Below the pieces are notes generated by a model. The model had not been told where the DNA came from and made no database searches. It saw only the letters and a list, made by a program, of their open reading frames with translations. This document shows positions 9,598 to 18,094 of a DNA stretch of 57,064 bases, one piece after another (positions within the stretch are counted from its first letter, which is position 1; each line of letters starts with the position of its first letter). The stretch comes from a virus. Its lineage: Duplodnaviria > Caudoviricetes. The DNA lies in the IMG/VR virus record IMGVR_UViG_3300044981_000083, positions 1-57,064 of that record, one strand, 5' to 3'. The translations under genes and the position numbers were made by a program.

Positions 9598-9791
9598 GCA
9601 TGGACCAGTCTCGGCGATACAGACTCGTGTTAAAGCGGCGTGAAATTAATTCACAACGTTTGCAACAAGAAAACAATACTATGATCGCAGCTGCGCTTGG
9701 AGCGCAGCGCTATGCCAATGACTGCGCCCAGCGGCTCCGGGCAAAAGATGGCGGCAACCTGACGCTGCCGGCCACCACGGGGCTGTGAGCG

Positions 9792-10547
9792 ATGGTTGCC
9801 GTTCGCCGCCTCCGATCTCGCGATCCCAACGGTGTCGCGTACCGCGAGACGCGCCCCGGCATCGCGGTGGACGCGCGCGGCGGCGAAGTCGTTGATCCGA
9901 CCGAGAACGTCCGCCAGCTCGTGCTTGCTGAGAGCAAGTACCAGGACGCGATGCGCGGCGAGCTGGAAAAGCAGATGACCATGTCAGTTGCCTTCTCGCG
10001 GGATACGATGAAGATTCTCTCAGATAACGTCGTGGCCTTCCAGAATGCCCAGCGCGACGCCGAGACCAAGCGCATCGACCAGCTCGCCTCGACGCGGCAG
10101 GAGTTTCAGAACACGATCCGCGACATGCTCGCCGAGTCGGTGCGCACCACATCGAACCTCGTCTCGACGCAGCTCGTGCAGATTCAGGCGACATTCGACA
10201 CGCGGGTCACCAAACTGGAGGCTGGAGCATTTACCCAGGCCGGCAAGAGCAGCGTGCAGGACCCAGCGACGGCGGACGCTCTGACGCGCATGGGTAATTC
10301 CATTTCCTCGTTCGCAACCATGACGGCCGAGATGATGAACAAGAGCCGCCTGGAAACCGCGGAGGCCATCTCCAAACTAAACACGACCATCGTTTCCATG
10401 CAAACGTCGGAGGGTCGCTCTGGCGGCAACATCATGGGCCGCGACCAGAGCAACACGCGCATGTGGGCCGTCATCATGGCCGTGGCGGCGGTGGCATCGC
10501 CCGTGATCTCAATCCTTGTCGCCGTGCTGGTCACGCGGGGACACTAA
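9792..10547 (+). CDS. Coiled-coil protein with C-terminal TM helix (lysis region)
   Basis: Long heptad-like region, hydrophobic C-terminus. Confidence 0.7.
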   Translation: MVAVRRLRSRDPNGVAYRETRPGIAVDARGGEVVDPTENVRQLVLAESKYQDAMRGELEKQMTMSVAFSRDTMKILSDNVVAFQNAQRDAETKRIDQLASTRQEFQNTIRDMLAESVRTTSNLVSTQLVQIQATFDTRVTKLEAGAFTQAGKSSVQDPATADALTRMGNSISSFATMTAEMMNKSRLETAEAISKLNTTIVSMQTSEGRSGGNIMGRDQSNTRMWAVIMAVAAVASPVISILVAVLVTRGH

Positions 10548-10608
10548 TTGGCGCTCACCACGGTCCTCCTGGCGACCGCGGCGTGGCATCCAGAAGGCGC
10601 TAACCGCT

Positions 10609-10818
10609 ATGAGCCCCGTTCCTTTGCCTAGAGTATCAAGGCCCCGCGGACACTGTGCGGTCTGCGGAAAAAGCGTTCGCTGGTCTGGATTTTCGGTGCG
10701 AGCAGCCTGCTCGGAACGCTGCCGTCGTGAGATTGGACGGCTTCATAGACGGGCATTTCGACGATACGGGCATGGCAATGGATGTTCGCCGATGCCGGCT
10801 ATAGAAATGGCGTGGTGA
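10609..10818 (+). CDS. Small Zn-finger-like protein
   Basis: CAVCGK...CSERC. Confidence 0.45.
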   Translation: MSPVPLPRVSRPRGHCAVCGKSVRWSGFSVRAACSERCRREIGRLHRRAFRRYGHGNGCSPMPAIEMAW

Positions 10819-10913
10819 TTTCCACAGCCTAAATTCCTGGACTGTGGCGGCAATGTCACGGTCTTCAATGCTAGGAATGATTTGCGCATTTCCGCGCAAA
10901 TCAGGAGACCATC

Positions 10914-11702
10914 ATGCGAATGAAGACGATCCTCCTTGCCGCTGCGGCGGTTCTCTCGCTCAATGCGGCCCGCGCCGCCGACATGCCGGTATTCAAGGCT
11001 CAACAGCCTTTCGCCGGAACGGGCTCGGGCTCGTATTGCGGCGCGGGCACCACAGCCGGCGTCGCCCAGGCGAGCGTGAGCGGCAATAATCTTTTCGCCA
11101 CGTCGCTCGTGAACGGCAATATCAACGCAATCGGCGGCTCTGTCGGTGGCGATTGCGGGTATATCTCGAACAGGGGTCCACTTGGCACATGGTGGCAAAT
11201 CGAGGGCGCCGGGAAATATCAGAACATCACGGCCTCGGACGGCCCCGTGTCGATAGCGAGCCGGTGGGCAGCGACGCAGGAACTCGACTTCGGTGCCGAG
11301 TTGTTTCAGATGGTCTTCGCCGCGGGCGGTAACGTCGGATTGACTTTTCCGAGCTTTACCCCGTCGTTGCCGGCGAACGTCGCCGTGGCCGCATTGCCGC
11401 GGCAATACTTCGGCTTCAAGGTCGAAGAGTTTGGTATTTCCGGCAACTTCTTCGGCGCCGGCGGATCGACCTGGGCTTGGGCTCCTGGCCTGACAACCGG
11501 CTACCGTTGGCAGACGCTCGGCGCTGGCGGACAGCCGAACGGCGGATCGCTCAAAATCTTCGCCGACGTATATTGGCCGCAGCGGGGCGTCACCTTCAAC
11601 AACGTCTTCGGCGTCAGCGGCCCGATCGTGCTCGGTGCGGCGGCGAAGGAAAGCACTCAGTATTTCCTTGGCGTTAATTACGATTTCTGCTTGTCCTGCT
11701 AA
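10914..11702 (+). CDS. Outer-membrane beta-barrel protein (Omp25/RopB-like)
   Basis: Signal peptide, AADMPVFKA mature N-terminus, amphipathic strands, C-terminal GVNYDF; SD GGAG. Confidence 0.8.
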   Translation: MRMKTILLAAAAVLSLNAARAADMPVFKAQQPFAGTGSGSYCGAGTTAGVAQASVSGNNLFATSLVNGNINAIGGSVGGDCGYISNRGPLGTWWQIEGAGKYQNITASDGPVSIASRWAATQELDFGAELFQMVFAAGGNVGLTFPSFTPSLPANVAVAALPRQYFGFKVEEFGISGNFFGAGGSTWAWAPGLTTGYRWQTLGAGGQPNGGSLKIFADVYWPQRGVTFNNVFGVSGPIVLGAAAKESTQYFLGVNYDFCLSC

Positions 11703-11826
11703 CAGGCCAGGGGCGGCCGGCCGGGAGCCGTGATCCCCGGCACTATTTCTCAACCCCGCCGATGAAATCCCACGGCGTCGTCCCTAAATCCTCGGCCTTC
11801 TGGCGTTTGGCGGTTGCGGATCGCCA

Positions 11827-12165
11827 TCACGCCGCCTTCACTGGCGCGTTCGCGATTTCGAGAAGCACGTCGGCATGGCACGGTTTATCGAGTGCGCAAA
11901 AGCAGGCAAGATTTTTGCCGCGGAGATTGGGAAGCATATCCAATACGGTTGCTCTTAACTGAGGATATTGGTCTGCAAAATCAACAGCGCCGCGCAACCA
12001 CTCCCGATAAGCCCATGTCGCCATTTTAGCGCCGTCCAAATAGCCCGCCTCTAACGCGCTTTCGGTTCGGAATGGATTTCCGAATGGCCCTGGCCGCGTA
12101 ACGGATACCGTATTTTCCGGCATGCGCCAGCCCCGCGTCCTGCGTCGTTGGATTCTAATTGGCAT
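11827..12165 (-). CDS. DUF4326 domain protein
   Basis: VTRPGPFGNPF, LRGKNLACFC...CHADVL. Confidence 0.9.
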   Translation of the reverse strand: MPIRIQRRRTRGWRMPENTVSVTRPGPFGNPFRTESALEAGYLDGAKMATWAYREWLRGAVDFADQYPQLRATVLDMLPNLRGKNLACFCALDKPCHADVLLEIANAPVKAA

Positions 12166-12241
12166 TGAACCGTTCCATCTGGCGGCAGCGCGCCATCATA
12201 GGCATCAAGGATCAGTCATCGGTCAGTTCTCCGGGACGTGG

Positions 12242-12781
12242 TTATGGGCCTGGGTCTCCCACGATCGACAGCACGTCGAGCTTGCCGCTCTTGCTCTCGC
12301 GCTCGAAGGCGCGGTGCAATGCGGCCATGGCGTTCAAGTAGCCGCGGCACAAGCGAAGCTTGCTCTTGTCGCCGACGCGCTCCTCGATGCGCGGAACGCC
12401 CGGCACATCGACAACAAGCGCGCGCGTCGGATAAGCGAAGCCGTGCTCCGCACCCGGTTCGATCGGGACTCCCTTGTGGCAATGAAAACTGGCGCCGCAC
12501 TTGAGTTGATCGAGCAGCAGCTTCCACTTTTCCGGGTCCGCCTGTTCGGGCGATCCCGGCCGGAACGCGCAGTTGTTGCAGGGCTCCCTGAAGGAGCAGT
12601 GCGGGTCGCTGGTGTCCCAAATCTGCTCAGGGTCAAACGGCTCCCACAGCGTCTTACAATTCCGGCAAACGGCGAGGCCCGGACCGTAGCCTTTGGCGCG
12701 CAAGGTAGGATCGTGAGCGACTTTCCGGCTACCGCATTTCGGGCAGTGGAGCGTCGAGCCTCGCAGGTGTCGCGGGATCAT
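12242..12781 (-). CDS. Cys-rich hypothetical protein
   Basis: CPKC, CRNC, CNNCAFRPGS, FHCH, LCRG. Confidence 0.7.
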   Translation of the reverse strand: MIPRHLRGSTLHCPKCGSRKVAHDPTLRAKGYGPGLAVCRNCKTLWEPFDPEQIWDTSDPHCSFREPCNNCAFRPGSPEQADPEKWKLLLDQLKCGASFHCHKGVPIEPGAEHGFAYPTRALVVDVPGVPRIEERVGDKSKLRLCRGYLNAMAALHRAFERESKSGKLDVLSIVGDPGP

Positions 12782-12993
12782 GTCATCCCCTCAGTGTGAG
12801 CGGTAGCGGTTGGTCGATGGACGGCATAGAGTTGGTCGGACGCGAACGGGATGAGCCGACCGCTGGAATCCATCCGCACCATCACGGATGATCCGTCGAA
12901 AGCCTCTATCTTTCCGTGTTTATCGCCGCAGAAGTGCGCCAACGTGCCAGCTTTGGCTTGGACCAGATCGCCGATCTTAAAATCTGCGCTCAT
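12778..12993 (-). CDS. Small SH3/KOW-like hypothetical protein
   Basis: FKIGDLVQ start; SD GGAGG. Confidence 0.6.
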   Translation of the reverse strand: MSADFKIGDLVQAKAGTLAHFCGDKHGKIEAFDGSSVMVRMDSSGRLIPFASDQLYAVHRPTATAHTEGMT

Positions 12994-13026
12994 GTGACGT
13001 TCCTCCAGTGATTGAGAGCTTGCTAA

Positions 13027-13449
13027 TTAATCCTCAGTGTCAGCGGCGGCCGGGGAGGGGAGCGGTTGCCAGTGGGATGGCGGAAGCCCCTTGTTGCTGT
13101 TGAAGTCTGTCACCCAACATTCGTAGTGATGGCGCGGGTTGCGTGTTTCACCACCAGGATCATGCCGCGAGACGATGCCAATTTCACCATCTGGACACAT
13201 AGCTAAAAAGCGCGTCCCATCCCTCGGTGCGCTCTCAATCGTGCGCCACTCGCGCTCGCGCAGCGCGGCCTCGAGCTTGACCACGCGGGCACCTAGAGCC
13301 GTCACCGTCTGATTAGCGATGATTTCCTCAAGCTCCGCGATCCTCGCGTCCCGCTGCGCGAGTTCGGCGCGGAGGCGAATTATCTCAGAGCGGGCTTCTC
13401 GCAGTGTGTCGCCACCGAGATCATTCAGCCGCTCGACGATATCGCTCAT
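13027..13449 (-). CDS. DUF551-like phage protein
   Basis: MSDIVERL start; WRTIESAPRDGT...PSHWQPLP. Confidence 0.75.
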   Translation of the reverse strand: MSDIVERLNDLGGDTLREARSEIIRLRAELAQRDARIAELEEIIANQTVTALGARVVKLEAALREREWRTIESAPRDGTRFLAMCPDGEIGIVSRHDPGGETRNPRHHYECWVTDFNSNKGLPPSHWQPLPSPAAADTED

Positions 13450-13477
13450 CCTACCTCCTCGCCGGATCATGGACGGA

Positions 13478-13996
13478 TCAGGAGCGGAAATCATTGCGCG
13501 CTTCGGCGGCATCCAACTCCTTATCCAGGTTATCGAGCGCGTCGCGTACATCTTTCATCTCGCGTCGAACCCAGCGCAGATTGCTTTCGCGCTTGTCGTA
13601 CGGAAGCTCTGGATTGGTGCTTAGCCAACCCCAGCGCAGGACTTTTCCTAGCGCGGCTTGCAGTTCGCCGAGTTCTTCAACGGCTTTGCCGACCGCGAAC
13701 GGTAGCCCAGGTCGTATGTATTTCGGATCGGTCATCCCTTCACTCCATCTATTCTCGCCGGATTTCCCTCCATCGACCTGCGCCGGATCAAGGGCGGCGA
13801 CCTCGACCATCTTCTCGTCCTTAAACCAACAGAAGCGCTCTCGCGGCCAATGAATATAACGATGCTCTCCGCTGGAAACATCGGTATATTGCGCTACGCA
13901 AAGCACTGAGTTGCCGGCCAACCAGAACAGGTGCTTAACCTGCTCGTAAACCACCTGCACAGTACTATCGTCCCGGTAGATCGTAACTCGCCTCAT
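13478..13996 (-). CDS. MazG-like nucleotide pyrophosphohydrolase (domain from 13735), in frame with an upstream small domain
   Basis: KAVEELGELQAALGK...REMKDV (EExxE...ExxD); internal ATG at 13735. Confidence 0.6.
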   Translation of the reverse strand: MRRVTIYRDDSTVQVVYEQVKHLFWLAGNSVLCVAQYTDVSSGEHRYIHWPRERFCWFKDEKMVEVAALDPAQVDGGKSGENRWSEGMTDPKYIRPGLPFAVGKAVEELGELQAALGKVLRWGWLSTNPELPYDKRESNLRWVRREMKDVRDALDNLDKELDAAEARNDFRS

Positions 13997-14432
13997 CGCC
14001 CCTTCCCTCCATCGACCTGCGCTTCGGCAACCCTTGAAACTGTTCCTATCTCGAAGGGCTCTTTTCCGCTCGGCAGTAGATCACGCTCACGGCACCAATA
14101 TACTTTTGGGCTGTCATGCTCGCAAAGAATGTAGGTCACAACGCGCCGACCGACCTGCTTCAATAGAGGTCGCGACTCCCCAAATAGATCGGCGAGCGCG
14201 TCATCAGGTGAAAATCCAGGTGGAACGGCTACCAAGACAATCAGTTCTGCCGGAAAATGCCGGACTGCGCGATTTCGGCGCGTGCGCACCACGTCGCCGC
14301 GCTTGAACTTGGCGTCATGGCATGTTGGCGTTTCGCCGAGCTCTCCGATGAGGCGACAAATCTTGCCGTCTCCAATCAAGAACGCCTCAGTTGTCTCGCA
14401 GCGTTTCATTGCTTCCCTCCATCGACCTGCGC
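13764..14432 (-). repeat. Three identical 20-bp gene-junction repeats (13764-13783, 14003-14022, 14413-14432)
   Basis: Minus strand GCGCAGGTCGATGGAGGGAA; encodes AQVDGG and contains an SD. Confidence 0.9.
13993..14409 (-). CDS. Hypothetical protein
   Basis: ATGA-coupled; KFKRGDVV motif. Confidence 0.6.
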   Translation of the reverse strand: MKRCETTEAFLIGDGKICRLIGELGETPTCHDAKFKRGDVVRTRRNRAVRHFPAELIVLVAVPPGFSPDDALADLFGESRPLLKQVGRRVVTYILCEHDSPKVYWCRERDLLPSGKEPFEIGTVSRVAEAQVDGGKGR

Positions 14433-15071
14433 GAGGGCGGCGAGGGCTATTGAAATGATCCGCTGGTGACGTTTTATCTCTACTCGCATATCACCAGTTG
14501 TCATTCCAGCTTCGGCACAAACCAGATCAAGCGCCGCCGCGAGCCGGTCGCGCCCTGCGGTCAGGTGCTCTATCATCCGGCCGTCCGTAGCAATGCGCGC
14601 CTCTGCTTCGCCGAGACGTTGATAGAGGCTCTCGCGCTCGGCGGCGAGGGATGGGGCGGCGGCGATCAGGCGGGCATTGGCCTTACCAATTTCATCTGAA
14701 CCGAAAGCCGTCGCAATTCCCTGCTGGCAGGCATCAGCGACAACCAAACAACCAGAGGCATCATAGCGACCTATGCGCCATGGCCCTTCTATGTGCCCCG
14801 CGAACCGCTCGCTCTGGATGGGGGCGGCAGCAAGCCGGTCAGCGGTGAAGCGCAACACCCAATAGCCATCAGGCCGATGTATCCACTCACCAAACTTGAT
14901 GCTCTTGCCTGTTCCGTCCTCAACCTCAACAAATCGGCCGCTCTCGTGTGACGGTGGTCCATCGAACACGATATCAATATGCGCCTCGCCCTCGGCATTG
15001 GCGCCGGGACGGGGCGGCGTGGCAACGGTTCGTGTTTCTGCAACTGGCACCACCTCCTTTGGTTCGGTCAT
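14406..15071 (-). CDS. Hypothetical mosaic phage protein
   Basis: DIVFDGPPSHESGRFVEVED and ANARLIAAAP modules common in phages. Confidence 0.7.
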   Translation of the reverse strand: MTEPKEVVPVAETRTVATPPRPGANAEGEAHIDIVFDGPPSHESGRFVEVEDGTGKSIKFGEWIHRPDGYWVLRFTADRLAAAPIQSERFAGHIEGPWRIGRYDASGCLVVADACQQGIATAFGSDEIGKANARLIAAAPSLAAERESLYQRLGEAEARIATDGRMIEHLTAGRDRLAAALDLVCAEAGMTTGDMRVEIKRHQRIISIALAALAQVDGGKQ

Positions 15072-15403
15072 GGCTTCACCCCACCTTCCACCAGTGTTTC
15101 GGCGTCCGTCAGCGGACGCAACATGTTCGCGACCCCAGCCAATTCGCCATCGACAAAGAACTGCACCGGCTTCCCCGCCTTCACCCTTTCCTCGAAGGCG
15201 GCTCGTGCCGCCTCGTAGTTGTAGAACTGGAAGATGACGTTATTCCCCGGCTCGACCACTACAAAGCCTGGAGCGGGAGATTGCGAACAAAGACGCATGG
15301 TGGACTCCGTGATGGTAAGGGATGGATTGGCCAGATAGGCGGCGATGTCCGAGATGGGGGCGAAGGGGTTGAGGCCGAGGGGGAGTTTATGCTTCATCAT
15401 CAT
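15068..15403 (-). CDS. Hypothetical protein
   Basis: Coupled ORF in the leftward operon. Confidence 0.55.
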   Translation of the reverse strand: MMMKHKLPLGLNPFAPISDIAAYLANPSLTITESTMRLCSQSPAPGFVVVEPGNNVIFQFYNYEAARAAFEERVKAGKPVQFFVDGELAGVANMLRPLTDAETLVEGGVKP

Positions 15404-15902
15404 CCGTAAATTCCTCGACTCCGTAACGCAATTTGTGAAGACGCCGATGCTCTTCGTTCGTCAGCGGCCGTTCTTTCCACGGCTCGAATCTCAAATCGTT
15501 GTCATCTTTGGGCCACTCAAATATACCCATGGCTTCGCCGCCGCCTTCGCTCATCCAGGCATGTTCGAACCGATTTTTGAGAGTATTGAAAAGGGCTGCG
15601 AGCCAAGGATAAGGCGGCGACCACGCTGTCTCAAATCGCAAGATAAGCGTGTCTTCTGTCTGTTCCGTTGGTTGGTGGCTATAAGCGTTCCATTTTGTAC
15701 CCCAGTTTTCGCGCGACCAATCTAAAGCGTTCCGCACGAATGTCTTTTCGTGCTTTTGCGACACGCTGAATAACCAAAGATTTAGCGGCGTCGGCACAAG
15801 AATGTCAAAGTTAACCGGATCGCCAGTGAGCGCCAGAATATATCGTTTCTTTGCTAAGTCCACGTCACGGAAAGTAAGTTCATTTAACACGTGATTCGGC
15901 AT
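15387..15902 (-). CDS. YubB/DUF1281 ferredoxin-like domain protein
   Basis: MPNH..N, WSRENWGTKWN, FETAWSPP. Confidence 0.8.
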   Translation of the reverse strand: MPNHVLNELTFRDVDLAKKRYILALTGDPVNFDILVPTPLNLWLFSVSQKHEKTFVRNALDWSRENWGTKWNAYSHQPTEQTEDTLILRFETAWSPPYPWLAALFNTLKNRFEHAWMSEGGGEAMGIFEWPKDDNDLRFEPWKERPLTNEEHRRLHKLRYGVEEFTDDDEA

Positions 15903-16347
15903 TTCCACCCCCCATCCCCGCCACTGCATGAACCGCAAACACCGCCGCCCGCATCGCCTCGACATTGGGCGACAGCCTGTAGAGCGCATCCGCCAGCCTC
16001 AACGGGTCGATTCCGAGCCCATGCCACCATGAGGCTTCGCCCACCCGGTGCTGCTCCATGTGGCAGTCGTGGCATCCAGGAGCGGTGAACTGGTCGTCGG
16101 GCTTGGTGGCAATGCCCGTAATAGGCTTGCCGGCCCGCGTCATCCTGACGTGCATCGCCTCTCCGCAGGGGTCGCGCCCGCACTTGACGCATGGGCACTG
16201 GCGGATCGCCTCGAGGTGCTCTTGATCATGCTGGCGTGGAGCGCGGCCCATGGAAGTCTTCGCCTTGCGGGCGGGGGCCGGCACTTTGAACAAGGAGCCG
16301 GGCGCGTGCGGTAGCCTAATGCGGCCTGCTATGCTCATCGGGCTCAT
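15880..16347 (-). CDS. DUF968-like HNH-type nuclease
   Basis: HLEAIRQCPCVKC...H...KPDD...CHDCHMEQH.VGE. Confidence 0.8.
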   Translation of the reverse strand: MSPMSIAGRIRLPHAPGSLFKVPAPARKAKTSMGRAPRQHDQEHLEAIRQCPCVKCGRDPCGEAMHVRMTRAGKPITGIATKPDDQFTAPGCHDCHMEQHRVGEASWWHGLGIDPLRLADALYRLSPNVEAMRAAVFAVHAVAGMGGGNAESRVK

Positions 16348-16640
16348 GCCGCCAAGGCTGTATCGATTGCGGCTTGAACGCGCGTCACGTCCGAGGACAA
16401 GTTGAACGATCCCGCGCGCTCCATCTGCTCGGCAATCGAAAAACGGATGAAGCACATATTCGGCTGGTTGTGGTCGTTCGGACGCCCGTAGCATGAACGA
16501 ATCAGCCGTTCTAGCGTCGAAGCGGCGAGGTTGTAGTCATCCTCTGACCATGCTTTGCGGCCAGCCTGACGCATCGCCATATCGGCGGCGTCGAAGGCGG
16601 AAGCGCGGATCAGCGATGGCAGCGGGTTCATGGCTCTCAT
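16344..16640 (-). CDS. Hypothetical protein
   Basis: First gene of the leftward operon; SD GGGGAG. Confidence 0.65.
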   Translation of the reverse strand: MRAMNPLPSLIRASAFDAADMAMRQAGRKAWSEDDYNLAASTLERLIRSCYGRPNDHNQPNMCFIRFSIAEQMERAGSFNLSSDVTRVQAAIDTALAA

Positions 16641-16664
16641 GATCGACTCCCCTAGCAACACGAA

Positions 16665-16770
16665 TAGCGTACCTCACAATCTGTTAGCTTGCAAGTCTTT
16701 TCCACAGGGATTATTTTCACCACTTGTCAACAGTGGGCATTGCCAGCCTAACAGCGCGTGAGGTAAAGCC
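16665..16770. promoter_or_regulatory. Divergent promoter pair sharing an operator-like sequence
   Basis: Minus TTGCAA-N17-TACGCT and plus TTGCCA-N18-TAAAGC; both spacers contain CTAACAG-N3-GTGAGG. Confidence 0.6.
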
Positions 16771-16776
16771 AAGGTC

Positions 16777-17004
16777 ATGACTGATTCGCAACATCTCAAG
16801 TCTGAAAATGGCGTCATCCTAGCCTTGGGCGGATTTCGTTCGGTTGCGGAGTTGTGTGGCGTCACACCGGAAGCGGTGATGAACTGGCGCCGGGAGCGCG
16901 GCTTTCCCGCCGATACGTTCGTGTTGTTGACGAAGGAGCTGGCAAAGCGCGGCTATCGGGCGCCGGAAAAGTTGTGGAAGATGCGCACGAAAAGTACGAT
17001 TTAA
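16777..17004 (+). CDS. Cro-like HTH regulator
   Basis: LGGFRSVAELCGVTPEAVMNWRR.RGFP. Confidence 0.8.
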   Translation: MTDSQHLKSENGVILALGGFRSVAELCGVTPEAVMNWRRERGFPADTFVLLTKELAKRGYRAPEKLWKMRTKSTI

Positions 17005-17046
17005 TTCAAACCGAGGCCCTTACGCGATGCGAGGCTAAACGGTCAC
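17002..17046 (-). repeat. Dispersed bipartite element, copy B
   Basis: Minus strand GTGACCGTTTAGCC-N20-GGTTTGAATTA. Confidence 0.7.
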
Positions 17047-17094
17047 CCCATCTCAGAGGGTTCAAGGAAGATGGCAGGTTTTACGGCATTGAAA

Positions 17095-17167
17095 GCACTC
17101 GTAGCTCAGTGGATAGAGCGTCGGCCTTCTAAGCCGAAGGTCGCAGGTTCAAATCCTGCCGAGTGCG
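17095..17167 (+). tRNA. tRNA-Arg(TCT)
   Basis: Acceptor GCACTCG/CGAGTGC, D-arm TAGCTCAGTGGATAGAGC, anticodon arm TCGGC-CTTCTAA-GCCGA, T-loop GGTTCAAATCC; CCA not encoded. Confidence 0.95.
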
Positions 17168-17285
17168 CCCAGTATACGGTATGCTGTGGTTGCGGCGGAT
17201 ATACGCGGAGAATCAAAGGTCGCTGCGAAACATGCGGCGATATTATCCCCAATTAGCCGGCCGTCATAACGTCTTCTGCCCCAGG

Positions 17286-17329
17286 GTGACCGTTCAGCCG
17301 CCCCGCCATCTCAGAGCCGGATTGATCCA
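17286..17329 (+). repeat. Dispersed bipartite element, copy C
   Basis: GTGACCGTTCAGCC-N19-GGATTGATCCA. Confidence 0.8.
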
Positions 17330-17333
17330 GATC

Positions 17334-17684
17334 ATGCCCATCAAATCCACCGTCCCCCGCAAGATTTCCGCGCTCCTGCTTGAGCTTATCGCACTGGCCG
17401 ACTATGCGCTTGCCGCGCCCTTCATCTCCTACCTTAACCTCGCCGACCAGATCGAGCGCCTCCATTCCGATCTCGTCTCAGCCAAGATGCGCGCCAACCA
17501 TCTCGGCATCAACTTCGCCGCCGCGGACATGCTCCTGCAAGCGATCGAGCACCTCGCCGAAGCTGATCCGTCCTCCGAAGACGGCCGCTGGGGCCTCCTT
17601 GTCGAACAGCTTGCCATCTATGTGCGAGCCGACATGAAACGGGCGGGTGAACTCGAACTGCAACAGATGCGGGAGCGGGTATGA
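17334..17684 (+). CDS. Hypothetical protein
   Basis: Helical ORF with typical codon usage. Confidence 0.65.
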   Translation: MPIKSTVPRKISALLLELIALADYALAAPFISYLNLADQIERLHSDLVSAKMRANHLGINFAAADMLLQAIEHLAEADPSSEDGRWGLLVEQLAIYVRADMKRAGELELQQMRERV

Positions 17685-18094
17685 GCGCTGGACCTTTCGC
17701 GAATGAATTTCATTGTGATCTGTGCTGTTTCTATTGTGAAACTCCATTATATATATTGGGGCGCGTATCTATTGCCATATACTGCGCGCGCGCTGGAGTA
17801 TATCGCGCCAAGCAGCTATTCGCGCGTTACGCTCGCTGTTCGAGAGAGCATTTGGTGCGAAAAGCCGATGGTGGAGTAAGCCTGCCAAATAACATCGTGT
17901 CTGCATGCGTGTGGTGTAATACGACTCGGGGCGAGTCGAGTCCGAGCGCGCACAAAAGCAGAATTGCAAAATTACTCTCAAGAAACCGCCATCCCGTGGG
18001 CACGCCATGGCGAAAATATGAGCGGTGGCGAAGGATTGCTAGGAAATCAAGAATGGCAATGCCGACTATTCATCGTTCTTTTCATCTCGCGTGA
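17681..18094 (+). CDS. HNH endonuclease
   Basis: CFYC...SREHLVRKADGG...NIVSACVWCNTTRG; lower GC. Confidence 0.8.
   Translation: MSAGPFANEFHCDLCCFYCETPLYILGRVSIAIYCARAGVYRAKQLFARYARCSREHLVRKADGGVSLPNNIVSACVWCNTTRGESSPSAHKSRIAKLLSRNRHPVGTPWRKYERWRRIARKSRMAMPTIHRSFHLA

Noticed and set aside
10743-11753. Long antisense ORFs (also 48244-49299, 28254-29171, 26850-27662, 44649-45467)
   Set aside because: They shadow well-supported genes on the opposite strand, as expected in high-GC DNA, and show no motifs
17740-17767. dif-like site
   Set aside because: Only one arm partly resembles an XerD site, and it lies inside the HNH coding sequence
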